From Actinomycetota bacterium (GTDB taxonomy: Bacteria > Actinomycetota > Actinomycetes > Nanopelagicales > Nanopelagicaceae), in the NCBI GenBank assembly GCA_005787645.1, contig SYAM01000012.1:1-40008 (forward strand): a DNA stretch of 40,008 nt, given 5' to 3'. Shown in pieces: positions 1 through 9,214 of this stretch. Every line of letters starts with the position of its first letter. The first letter of the stretch is position 1. The translations under genes and the position numbers were made by a program. A model generated the notes under the pieces. It saw nothing but the letters and a program-made list of their open reading frames with translations, was not told the DNA's origin and made no database searches.

Positions 1-677
1 GCACGCCCTTGAGTCTGCGGAAGTCGTGGTGTCGCCGCCAGAAGAAGTAGTGCTACCAACCATCCTTCATCAACCAGACTTCCGATGGCGTAGCTATCTT
101 TGCTGTAGAGCCAGAGATATCCAATATCACTCAAAGTGAAAATCACAATGGCAATCAATAAAAGGAAAAATTCGCTTGTAACTCCGCTGCGAACGCCAAT
201 CAAGATAAGGAGGAAAATTAAGAGTAAGTCACCAATCGGATAAAGAGTCAGCAAAAAAACTTCTGCAGTTGAATCAGCATTAGTCGTAGCCGAAAGAGCC
301 AACGACGTGACCAAGGATGAGATTCCTACGGTAATGATGAGTGAATCGAGAATTTGACTACGCGATAGTTTTTCCAATTGTTGTGCCCGGATGATGAAGT
401 AAAAGAGCGCTGGGTATATGGCGACAAAACCTAAGCCGCTCAACAAAGGAGAGAGATTGAGGCTAGTGAGTTCGGTCAAAGCAGAATAGATAGAGCCCAA
501 AACCCATATGCCAAGTGCCGACCCAAGGATCCGCTCTCTACGTAGAAATAACCAGAGGGCAGTAAGAAGCAGAATGCCGTTGTAAGCGACTACGTCCCAG
601 AGGGTCGAAGTTTCGGGGGAGAGTAGGGCGATGACCAGGTGAATTACTCCGGCGCCGAATGGGATAAACCGGAGCAT
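1..677 (-). CDS. Multi-pass membrane protein, truncated by window edge; resembles the N-terminal membrane sensor region of actinobacterial GGDEF/EAL proteins
   Basis: Not in the ORF track. My translation from ATG at 677 reads MLRFIPFGAGVIHLVIALL...LTLYPIGDLLLIFLL...SDIGYLWLYSKDSYAIGSLVDEGWLVALLLLA and stays open to position 1. It has several hydrophobic helices and a YPxGDLLL motif. The catalytic domain is not visible. Confidence 0.6.
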   Translation of the reverse strand, partial: MLRFIPFGAGVIHLVIALLSPETSTLWDVVAYNGILLLTALWLFLRRERILGSALGIWVLGSIYSALTELTSLNLSPLLSGLGFVAIYPALFYFIIRAQQLEKLSRSQILDSLIITVGISSLVTSLALSATTNADSTAEVFLLTLYPIGDLLLIFLLILIGVRSGVTSEFFLLLIAIVIFTLSDIGYLWLYSKDSYAIGSLVDEGWLVALLLLAATPRLPQTQGR

Positions 678-758
678 AGGCAAACGTTAGGGCAGCAAAG
701 GTGAAGTGAAAAGAGTTTTCAAGTGTCTACACCGCTTCAGATAGGGCAAACTGGGCAG

Positions 759-1196
759 ATGGAAATCAATCGTCGTCATTTTTTATGCGGAGCGTTACTC
801 ACCGCGCTAGGCGCTACATCTGCCACCGTTGCCACGGCTGAAGGCGCACTCGCAAATTCGGGAATAAAGCTCCTACCCAACGGATCAGTTGAGGTAACTC
901 CCTCTGTGATTAAGGCTCTTAATAAAGTCGGAGGCGTTGCCGTGATTGGCGAAGTTAATGGCGCGCCAACAGCATTGGTTCGTTCGGGCGCAAAAAAATA
1001 TATTGCCATTGATATGCGTTGTACACATGCTGACATCACCGTGCAAACACAGGCAAGCGGCTTCTATTGCAAGCCACAGGCTGGGGGACATGGATCAGCC
1101 TTTACGAAGACAGGCGCGGTTAGCCAAGGTCCTGCGGATGCGCCACTGAAGAAATTGAAGGTAACTGCTAAAGGAAAGAAGTTGATAGTTAGTTAG
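759..1196 (+). CDS. Tat-exported Rieske (2Fe-2S) domain protein
   Basis: Twin-arginine signal NRRHFL plus hydrophobic stretch; CTH box and C...HGSAF...G...GPA..PL box. ATG 759 preferred over GTG 723. Confidence 0.8.
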   Translation: MEINRRHFLCGALLTALGATSATVATAEGALANSGIKLLPNGSVEVTPSVIKALNKVGGVAVIGEVNGAPTALVRSGAKKYIAIDMRCTHADITVQTQASGFYCKPQAGGHGSAFTKTGAVSQGPADAPLKKLKVTAKGKKLIVS

Positions 1197-1642
1197 ATTC
1201 CAACTGTGCAAGCAAGATCGCGCACAGTCAGAGCCATCTCGTACATATCCTTCGAAGTTCTGGAGAGTTTGTCAAAGGTATCAAGTAGCGCACTCTTTGA
1301 ACGGGCAAGCTCCTCTTTATCTGCTTGAGTGAGACTAGTGTCTGCCTCTGCGGCCGCAAATTGAGTGAGCAAGTCAGCTTTCTCTTGGAGTTTCTTTGCG
1401 TAAGCCTGTTTTCCGGAGAGGTACTGACGATTTGAATCAAGACATTCCTTGATTAACCAGGTCAACTTCGCTCGTTTTACAGTTGGATTCTTCTGGCAGA
1501 TGTAATCAAATCCACCAATCTTCGCCTTTTGATTAGCCTTCTTGCACAAGCCGCCAGCTTTATTTGCAGCTTCTGCGGGAACGAGAAATGAACCCACCAT
1601 GAAAAGGCTAGCGACGGCGACGGTAAGACTGCGCTTAATCAT
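1193..1642 (-). CDS. Secreted hypothetical protein with N-terminal two-Cys module and helical/coiled-coil C-terminus
   Basis: Sec signal peptide ending AEA; AGGLCKK...YICQK...LTW module; helical C-terminal half. Confidence 0.7.
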   Translation of the reverse strand: MIKRSLTVAVASLFMVGSFLVPAEAANKAGGLCKKANQKAKIGGFDYICQKNPTVKRAKLTWLIKECLDSNRQYLSGKQAYAKKLQEKADLLTQFAAAEADTSLTQADKEELARSKSALLDTFDKLSRTSKDMYEMALTVRDLACTVGI

Positions 1643-1715
1643 GGGTAGAGCGTAACTTTTTTTCCTCTGAATAGTGGGTATTTACACCCACAATGATTGG
1701 GGGTTTCCTGAGAAG

Positions 1716-2474
1716 TTACCGCTGGCGTTGGCGGACCCCAATCCCCGCTCGTCGAACTAAACCGCGAGGTAAATGGCGCATTAATAGATAGAGAAGGCGA
1801 TATTGGCGTCCTGGAATTGAAAGTGCCGTGCCCGAGCGCACTGCTTTGATCGCGTGGGCAACCACATCGGTGCTCTCGAGCCAGAGCCATTTGGGCAATC
1901 CAGACATATTCATTTTGCCGCGTTGATGAAATTCGGTGTGGGTGAAACCAGGTGCAAGAGCAGTCACTGAGATTCCATCGGTAGCACAATCAACGGATAG
2001 ATATTCTGAGAAAACCGTAACCCATGACTTGGACGCGCTATATGTGCCACCTGCAATCCAGCCAGCAACACTGCTGACGTTGATGATGTATCCCTTTCTT
2101 ACCTCTCTCATGAAAGGTAGCGCTGCATGGGTCAATCGCATCACCGCGCTTACCAATACCTCGAGATTTTCGCTTTCGCGCTCGATATCGCTATTTGCAA
2201 ATCTCTTATTGATCCCAAAGCCTGCATTGTTAACCAAGAATTCCACGCCACCTCGAGCAAGTCGTTCCTCGATTGTCCGAATTTGGGAGCGATCAGAGAG
2301 ATCAGCAACTAGAACTTCACACGATACGTTGAATGAGTTAGAGAGATATTCTGCTCTCTCATTAAGTCGAGCCTCATCGCGTGCTACTAAAATGATGTCG
2401 TAGCCATCACGTGCGAGTTGCTCTGTGAACTCAGATCCAATTCCAGAACTGGCACCTGTAACTAATGCCCACAT
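1716..2474 (-). CDS. Short-chain dehydrogenase/reductase
   Basis: TGASSGIG, NNAG and YSASK (YxxxK) motifs. Confidence 0.92.
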   Translation of the reverse strand: MWALVTGASSGIGSEFTEQLARDGYDIILVARDEARLNERAEYLSNSFNVSCEVLVADLSDRSQIRTIEERLARGGVEFLVNNAGFGINKRFANSDIERESENLEVLVSAVMRLTHAALPFMREVRKGYIINVSSVAGWIAGGTYSASKSWVTVFSEYLSVDCATDGISVTALAPGFTHTEFHQRGKMNMSGLPKWLWLESTDVVAHAIKAVRSGTALSIPGRQYRLLYLLMRHLPRGLVRRAGIGVRQRQR

Positions 2475-2475
2475 T

Positions 2476-4149
2476 TCAGTTGATGATCTTCAGGGCTGCT
2501 GGTGCGTGGACAGGCACAATCGGATGACGTGGAGCCTGAGCCTTTATCGATATGTAAGGCGAACCTTGCAAAGGTCGAGGATCAACATCGCCTTTATTTG
2601 GCCACATAGAGAGCGCGCGCTCTGCCTGTGCGGTAATAGTCAGTGATGGGTTTACTCCCAGATTCGCGGTGATGGTCGATCCATCAATGACGTGAAGAGT
2701 TGGGTACTCCCATACTCGATGGTAAGGGTCTATCACACCCTCATTTTTACTCTTGCCAATCACGCATCCTCCTACAAAGTGTGCGGTAAAGGGAGCGTTA
2801 ACCAAGTCGCCGATATGACCTCCAGCGATACCACCATAGCGATTGGCAATTCGACGCGCAGTCTCATTTGCAGCGGGGATGTAAGTAGCATTGGGGCGTT
2901 CGACATCATTCTCTGATGTCAATCGCCATCCGAAGAAAAATCGTTTACTCCGCACTTTGATTGCAGAGTCAACATCTTGCATCACTAATGCGATGACTGT
3001 TCGTTCACTCCATCTTCTAACATTCAAAATCGTAGTAATAAGTAAAGGTTTTTTTATCAGTGAGCGAATCCATTGTCGACGCCGCACGGACACACTTGTG
3101 CCATCCGTCATTGCTGTCTGGAGTAATCCCATGAGATTGCTCCCTTTGCCATAACGCACCGGCTCTACATGAGTATTTTCATCGGGGAAAAAGGAGGATG
3201 TGATAGCAGCACCATGGCTGAAGTCGATATCAGTATTTGGCATGATTGCGCCCACAAGAGATTCACTATTTGTTCGAGAGAGCTCACCAAGTCGTGGTGA
3301 AATCTCTGGCAATTTTCCGGACGCTTTCATCTTGTGGAGTAATTTCTGAGTGTTATATGTCCCTGCAGCAACAATCACTTGATCTGCAGAGAATATCTTC
3401 TTACGTCCAAACCAAGAGTTGCTCTTGCGCGCGATGACTACCCATTGACCATTATGTTTTTCGATTGAGGTGACGGTCGTTAAGGCATGGACTTGTGCGC
3501 CTGCTACCTCTGCGAGTCCGAGATAGTTCTTAGGCAGAGTGTTCTTTGCATTGTGGCGACAACCGGTCATGCATCCGCCACATTGCAAACAGCCGATTCT
3601 CTCTGGCCCGACGCCACCAAAATATGGATCGGCAGATATCTCTCCAGGTTTGCTCCCAAAGTGCACTCCGAGTGGCGCCATCTTGAAGGTGTGGCCAACG
3701 CCCATCTCATCGGCAACTTCTCTCATCGCTTTATCAGAATTGGTAAAGTAGGGATTTGTTTGCACGCCGAGCATTCGTTCGGCTTGGTCATACCAAGGCG
3801 CGAGTTCTTCCCTCCAATTCGTGATGTCAGACCATTGTGGATCATTGAAATATTTATCTGTTGGTCGGTACAAGGTGTTGGCATAGACAAGTGAGCCACC
3901 GCCAACCCCAGCACCTGCCAGAATAAGAACATTTGGGAGCGCATGGATTCGTTGGATACCCGTGAGGCCAAGTCGTGGAAAAAAGAGGAATCTATTTAGG
4001 CGCCAGGAAGTTTTTGGGAAATCTTTGTCGTGAAAACGACGTCCAGCTTCGAGAACGCCGACTCGATACCCTTTTTCCGAGAGCCGGAGCGCGCTAACAC
4101 TTCCACCAAAACCTGATCCGATTATCAAGACATCGAAATGTTTGGTCAT
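2476..4149 (-). CDS. choD: GMC oxidoreductase, cholesterol oxidase ChoD-like
   Basis: GSGFGGS FAD motif, GAGVGGGSLVYAN, CxxCGxCMTGC, TAHFVGGC, GVNPSLTITAQAERA. Confidence 0.85.
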   Translation of the reverse strand: MTKHFDVLIIGSGFGGSVSALRLSEKGYRVGVLEAGRRFHDKDFPKTSWRLNRFLFFPRLGLTGIQRIHALPNVLILAGAGVGGGSLVYANTLYRPTDKYFNDPQWSDITNWREELAPWYDQAERMLGVQTNPYFTNSDKAMREVADEMGVGHTFKMAPLGVHFGSKPGEISADPYFGGVGPERIGCLQCGGCMTGCRHNAKNTLPKNYLGLAEVAGAQVHALTTVTSIEKHNGQWVVIARKSNSWFGRKKIFSADQVIVAAGTYNTQKLLHKMKASGKLPEISPRLGELSRTNSESLVGAIMPNTDIDFSHGAAITSSFFPDENTHVEPVRYGKGSNLMGLLQTAMTDGTSVSVRRRQWIRSLIKKPLLITTILNVRRWSERTVIALVMQDVDSAIKVRSKRFFFGWRLTSENDVERPNATYIPAANETARRIANRYGGIAGGHIGDLVNAPFTAHFVGGCVIGKSKNEGVIDPYHRVWEYPTLHVIDGSTITANLGVNPSLTITAQAERALSMWPNKGDVDPRPLQGSPYISIKAQAPRHPIVPVHAPAALKIIN

Positions 4150-5384
4150 ACTGTTAGTTCGCGAGAGATATCGCTTGCATCCTCTTCTCTTAGACCCCAG
4201 CTTGTGCCGTACTCTTCTAATTTATCCAAATATGGTTTTGCTGGGAACCACTCAGGGCCATTTACTCCCTCTGGTTTCCAGATTCCCTCGTGAATCAATT
4301 CCATGGCAATCACTGGATTGATGGCTGTTTGCCAGACCACCGCTTGGTCGCCGTAATTCTCCATGGACCAGTTGTTATCAACAACGTGATAGAGATAGAC
4401 CGCGCGCGGATCGCCCTTCTTATCAAGGCCTTTGACGAGCGCGCCCGCGCAGGTCTTTCCTTTCATGCGTGCGCCAAGGGTTGCAGGATCCGGAAGAGAT
4501 GCAGAGAGCAGGTCTCGCGGTGAGACTGGGATACCTTGAACATCCACGCTCTCCTTACGATCCATACCGAGTAGATGGATGGTTTTGAGGATCGTGATGA
4601 ATTGGTCTCCTAAACCATATTTGAAGTTAACGCGCTTGGCATCGATTTTTCGCGGTATCAAAACAACCTCTTCGTGCTCCACATTGACGCATTGCACTGG
4701 ACCGATACCTTCTGGGAAATCAAAAGTTTCGATACCACTGAATGGTTCGGTGGTAAACCAACCGCGCCCATCCTCCCAAACGATAGGAGGATTCAAACAC
4801 TCTTCGATAGTTGTCCAGATCGAGAAAGAGGGAGCGAATTCATACCCCTCAACCACGATATTAGAACCATCAAGAATGGTGATTTGATCAATTCGAGAGA
4901 AGAGTTCCTCGGATGCATATTTTGCAAAGACATCACTTAAACCGGGTTCAATCCCCATTCCCACTAATGCGTAGATGCCACGCTCCGACCAATTCCAATC
5001 ACGTGCAAATTGTTCATCTCCAAGTTTTACGCCAGTTTCGCTATATGGGTAGTGCGGATGTTGTCGTGATAACGACATGGCCATATCCATGTAGTTTGTA
5101 TTTTCGATTTCGCAAGCGAGGAAGATGGGCATGACAAAACGCGGATCGACGGCATTGATGACGATGTCTGGTTTGGCCTTTCGGATAAGGTCACGAATAT
5201 CCTCCAATTCCGCGGCATTCACTTGGGCAGCAGAAAAACGAGCATCCTTCACTCGAGTGACGGCATCCTCGGCGCGGGCCAGCGTTCGGTCGGCGATGAC
5301 CATACTTTTGATAAACGGCCGCCTGGATGCGATGTTGGCTATTGCGCGCCCAACACCGCCGGCGCCAATAACTAGGGCTCTCAT
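4146..5384 (-). CDS. Saccharopine dehydrogenase / carboxy(nor)spermidine dehydrogenase family protein
   Basis: GAGGVG Rossmann motif, YMDMA, GMGIEPGLS, NVEHEEV, WQTA; ATGA overlap with the choD start. Confidence 0.8.
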   Translation of the reverse strand: MRALVIGAGGVGRAIANIASRRPFIKSMVIADRTLARAEDAVTRVKDARFSAAQVNAAELEDIRDLIRKAKPDIVINAVDPRFVMPIFLACEIENTNYMDMAMSLSRQHPHYPYSETGVKLGDEQFARDWNWSERGIYALVGMGIEPGLSDVFAKYASEELFSRIDQITILDGSNIVVEGYEFAPSFSIWTTIEECLNPPIVWEDGRGWFTTEPFSGIETFDFPEGIGPVQCVNVEHEEVVLIPRKIDAKRVNFKYGLGDQFITILKTIHLLGMDRKESVDVQGIPVSPRDLLSASLPDPATLGARMKGKTCAGALVKGLDKKGDPRAVYLYHVVDNNWSMENYGDQAVVWQTAINPVIAMELIHEGIWKPEGVNGPEWFPAKPYLDKLEEYGTSWGLREEDASDISRELTV

Positions 5385-5473
5385 ATGAAATAACTCCTGA
5401 ACGTTGTGCCCAGGTTAATACATTCGGTAAAAGAGTGCAAAATTAGGGGATAATCAGCGCGTATGCATTAAAT

Positions 5474-5547
5474 GTCCTCGTAGCTCAGTTGGATAGAGCG
5501 ATCGCCTCCTAAGCGGTAGGTCACCAGTTCGATTCTGGTCGGGGACA
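5474..5547 (+). tRNA. tRNA-Arg (anticodon CCT)
   Basis: Acceptor GTCCTCG/CGGGGAC, D arm GCTC-AGTTGGATA-GAGC, anticodon arm ATCGC-CTCCTAA-GCGGT, T loop TTCGATT; CCA not encoded. Confidence 0.95.
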
Positions 5548-5562
5548 CATCTCAATAAATAA

Positions 5563-6402
5563 TTAATTGAAAATTACTGTGCGATTACCGAGAAGGAAGA
5601 TGCGATCTTCAGCATACATACGTACTGCCTTTGCGAGCACTCGTCTTTCGATATCTCTACCAATAGAGATTAATTCTTCCGAAGTTGCCGAATGGGTTAC
5701 GTGGGCAACATCTTGTTCGATAATCGGACCTTCATCGAGGTCCTCAGTGACAAAGTGGGCAGTCGCGCCGATTATTTTCACACCACGCTCATACGCTTGA
5801 TGGTACGGGCGTGCTCCTTTGAAACCTGGAAGGAAGGAGTGATGAATATTAATAATGTTTCCAGCAAATTGATGACAGAATTCTTTCGAGAGTATTTGCA
5901 TATAACGTGCTAGAACAACGACATCAATCTCAAGAGATTTGATTCGCGCCATAATCTCTGACTCTTGCACCTTCTTGTTCTGCGGATCGACTGGTAGGTA
6001 TTCAAAAAGAATCCCATGCGATTCGACCAAATCGGACAGATCCTCATGATTTGAAATGACCAGGGGTATCTCGACCGGTAACTCTCCAAGTTCGCGAAGG
6101 TAAAGCAAATCTCGAAGGCAGTGACTTTCTTTGGTAACCAAGATTAATGCTCGTGGACGTTTACTTAATTCACGCACTTTTAGTTCAGGAGCAAAACGGG
6201 AGAGCTCTTGACCAAGAATCGCTTCAGATTCAGCTAATGAAGAATCGGTAGTGAAGCGAGTTCGCATACAGAACATGCCAGTAAGGGGATCAGTGAATTG
6301 CTGATTCTCGATGATGTTGCCACGACACTTCAATATCGCACCAGTCATCGTGTGCACGATTCCCGATGTATCTTTACAGGTAAATGTCGCGAGTAAATCC
6401 AT
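5563..6402 (-). CDS. purU: Formyltetrahydrofolate deformylase
   Basis: N-terminal ACT domain, LARYMQIL, INIHHSFLPGFKGARPYHQA, LDEGPIIEQ. Confidence 0.95.
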   Translation of the reverse strand: MDLLATFTCKDTSGIVHTMTGAILKCRGNIIENQQFTDPLTGMFCMRTRFTTDSSLAESEAILGQELSRFAPELKVRELSKRPRALILVTKESHCLRDLLYLRELGELPVEIPLVISNHEDLSDLVESHGILFEYLPVDPQNKKVQESEIMARIKSLEIDVVVLARYMQILSKEFCHQFAGNIINIHHSFLPGFKGARPYHQAYERGVKIIGATAHFVTEDLDEGPIIEQDVAHVTHSATSEELISIGRDIERRVLAKAVRMYAEDRIFLLGNRTVIFN

Positions 6403-6422
6403 CTCCTTAGTCTAATCGATAG

Positions 6423-8528
6423 TTAGTGCGAGATGGAAAAACGCTTGAGTTTCGCCGGAGCCCACCAGTTCGTATCACCAAACATTCGCATTAGCGCCGG
6501 GACAAGCAGCGCCCGCACAACCGTTGCATCGAGCAGGATTGCAAAGGCCACACCTAGTCCGAGAATTTTGATGGATGTGACCCCACTGAGCACGAAGGCG
6601 GCGAAAACAACGGAGAGAATCAATGCAGCGGCAGTCACAATCCGAGCAGATTTCTGCAGGCCAAAGGCGACTGATTCTGTATTATCGCCACTCTTCTCAT
6701 ACTCCTCTTTGATTCGCGAGAGCAGAAAGACTTCGTAATCCATAGAAAGACCGAAAGTGGTCAGCAACATCAAAATAATCATTCCGGTATCAACTGTCCC
6801 AGTTATGGTGAAGTCACCTAAGAATCTTGCGAGATTACCTTCGATGAAGATCCAAGTAATCACACCAAGGGTTGCACTCAACGAAAGTACATTTAACAGC
6901 ACCGCCTTGATTGGCAGAATAATTGAACCAGTGAATGCGAAGAGGAGAATCAATACGCTAATTAACACCCACCCAAGGGCCATCGGTAGCGCGCCAGCGA
7001 TTCCATTCTGGGTATCCGTGTAATCGGCTGCGACTCCTCCAATGAGTAAGCCAGCGGGCGCAGCGATGCCACGTATCTCCTCTATTAAGGCTTGCGCATC
7101 TGCAGTTCGTGGGCTCATTTTGTGTATCGCCTGGAATCTGACAATGTCATTGGATCTGGTGTTTTCAGAGATATTGGTGATGCCAGGTATGTTCCGCACC
7201 CTCTCTTTGTATGCCGAAATCTCTTCCAAAGAGAGGTTCTTGGCGCCATCGATGAAGAGAAATTCAACAGGAGTGGCTTCACGTCCAGGGAAGCGTTCAT
7301 CGATAATTTGTGAAGTTATTGCAACTGGGTGTGTTTTTGGTAGAACTGTCACATCAGTTTGACCAAAGGCAATATTGCGAATTGGTGCGGCGAGAATGCC
7401 AAGAAGTATCAGAGTTAGAACGGTAATGGTAAGTGGTTTACGCATCACAAATCGAGCAAGATCTGCCCAGCGCCCATTTTCCCTTGGAGCGATAGAAGCT
7501 TTTCGAATGGCCCATTTATCAATTTTCGTACCAAGAAGTGCGAGCGTCGCTGGAAGCGGGACTAGTGCGCCAATGACAGCGAGTGCAACCACTGCAATCC
7601 CGGCATACCCGAATGATTTCAAGAAGTTTAGCGGGAAAAACAGGAGCGAGGCCAGAGTGACCAGGACTGTTAAACCAGAGAAAAATACGGTTCGTCCGGC
7701 GGTGGCGACGGTTCGAATGACTGCATCCTGAATGCTCTTACCGTTATGAAATTCCTCGCGGAATCGATTAACGATAAGTAGTGAGTAATCGATGCCAAGT
7801 CCCAAGCCCAAGCCGGTGATCAAGTTCATCGCATAGATGCTCACATCAGTAATTAGAGTTAACAAATAAATGATGAAGAACGCTCCAAGGATGGCGCTAA
7901 TACCAACAACAAGTGGCATAGCGGATGCAATCACGCCACCAAAGACAAATAGCAATAGGATGAAGGTAAGCGGAATCGCAATTGCTTCAGATTTTTTCAG
8001 ATCATCACCGATCTTGGTATTAATGGCATCACCAACGGCGCCAGTTCCTGTGTAGTAAATGGAGAGGCCTTCATATTTGTTTCCAACTTGATCGTCAACA
8101 TTTTTGGCAATTGCACTTAATCCATCAAAAGAATCATCAGTACCGTATGCAAAAAGATAGCCGGCTTTTCGGTCTTCGCTAAGCAACTGTGGGGAACCAG
8201 TCGACCAGTAAGAGATAACTTTCGATACTCCTGGTGTGGCACTGACTTTTTCCGTGATGGCATCTACTGTTTGGCGAACTTTAGGATCATCCACGTTTGA
8301 TGATGGTGAATCGATGAGAAGAATTACCGCAGGATCTTCAACTTTAAATTCTGATTTCAAATATTCAAATGCTTGCGACGATTCACTTTGCGGGTCGTTG
8401 TACCCACCTCCATCAAGTTTTCCGAATGCTTGGAAGCCAACAGCACCAGCAACAATCAAGGTCAGCAACGAGATAACCAATACCGATTTGCTATGCCGCG
8501 CTATGACGCGTCCGAGTCTCTCAAACAT
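6423..8528 (-). CDS. MMPL family (RND superfamily) transporter
   Basis: Two membrane repeats with GLGIDYSLLIVNRFREE and FGLSMDYEVFLLSRIKE; C-terminal NWWAP. Confidence 0.93.
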   Translation of the reverse strand: MFERLGRVIARHSKSVLVISLLTLIVAGAVGFQAFGKLDGGGYNDPQSESSQAFEYLKSEFKVEDPAVILLIDSPSSNVDDPKVRQTVDAITEKVSATPGVSKVISYWSTGSPQLLSEDRKAGYLFAYGTDDSFDGLSAIAKNVDDQVGNKYEGLSIYYTGTGAVGDAINTKIGDDLKKSEAIAIPLTFILLLFVFGGVIASAMPLVVGISAILGAFFIIYLLTLITDVSIYAMNLITGLGLGLGIDYSLLIVNRFREEFHNGKSIQDAVIRTVATAGRTVFFSGLTVLVTLASLLFFPLNFLKSFGYAGIAVVALAVIGALVPLPATLALLGTKIDKWAIRKASIAPRENGRWADLARFVMRKPLTITVLTLILLGILAAPIRNIAFGQTDVTVLPKTHPVAITSQIIDERFPGREATPVEFLFIDGAKNLSLEEISAYKERVRNIPGITNISENTRSNDIVRFQAIHKMSPRTADAQALIEEIRGIAAPAGLLIGGVAADYTDTQNGIAGALPMALGWVLISVLILLFAFTGSIILPIKAVLLNVLSLSATLGVITWIFIEGNLARFLGDFTITGTVDTGMIILMLLTTFGLSMDYEVFLLSRIKEEYEKSGDNTESVAFGLQKSARIVTAAALILSVVFAAFVLSGVTSIKILGLGVAFAILLDATVVRALLVPALMRMFGDTNWWAPAKLKRFSISH

Positions 8529-8547
8529 GATTCTCCACCCTAATTAC

Positions 8548-8592
8548 TTGACGTTTAGATCGCTTGGTGGAAGAATGTAAACGATGTTAACA
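8548..8592 (+). promoter_or_regulatory. Predicted sigma70-type promoter and palindromic operator for the TetR gene
   Basis: TTGACG (8548-8553), 17 bp spacer, AAGAAT (8571-8576); inverted repeat TGTAAAC-GAT-GTTAACA (8576-8592) covers the ATG. Confidence 0.55.
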
Positions 8593-9198
8593 CTACAGCG
8601 CAAAGGATCCGAGTATCACCACGGCGATTTAAAGAGCGCAGCCATAATCGCTGGTCGGAACTTAATTGAGGGTGGGGGATTACCGGCGCTTGGGATTCGC
8701 AGAGTCGCCAACACAATCGGTGTGACAGCCCCTGCGCTCTATCGCCATTTCGCCTCGCTCGAAGAACTTCTCGTAGAAATCACCTGTCAGGTCAGACAGG
8801 AGATTGGCGAGTTGATGCTTGAGCGGAGAAGGCTTGTGAAGGTTCCGCGAGATGTTCGAAAGTATGAATTAGAAAAATTCCGCGCCATTGGCGATGCATA
8901 CATAGATTATGCAGATAAACATCCGAAACTCTTCGAGATCGCTTTTATCAATCATCAAGAGAAAAGCACCAGTGAATATAATGAGCTTGCCTGGCAAGTC
9001 CTCAATGAGAGTATCGAGAATTTCGTTGCTCTCGGGATGATTCCCAAAAATAAACGCGATTCTGCGCCACTAGTTGCCTGGAGCGCGGTACATGGCGTTG
9101 CTACTCTTGTTGCAAACAGAGCAGTCGCTTCCGCAGAGATTAAGTTCTTCCAGACTGCAGTAATGGATGGCGTACAGGATGCGCTATTGAAGAAATGA
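8584..9198 (+). CDS. TetR/AcrR family regulator (WHG-type C-terminal domain)
   Basis: YHHGDL N-terminus, HTH GVTAPALYRHF, WSAVHG motif; divergent from the MMPL gene. Confidence 0.92.
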   Translation: MLTLQRKGSEYHHGDLKSAAIIAGRNLIEGGGLPALGIRRVANTIGVTAPALYRHFASLEELLVEITCQVRQEIGELMLERRRLVKVPRDVRKYELEKFRAIGDAYIDYADKHPKLFEIAFINHQEKSTSEYNELAWQVLNESIENFVALGMIPKNKRDSAPLVAWSAVHGVATLVANRAVASAEIKFFQTAVMDGVQDALLKK

Positions 9199-9214
9199 GG
9201 ATGGCTAGATAACT

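Noticed and set aside
5474-9198. tRNA-Arg(CCT) as an integration site for an island (purU-MMPL-TetR)
   Set aside because: No integrase, and no duplicated tRNA 3' end noticed in the window
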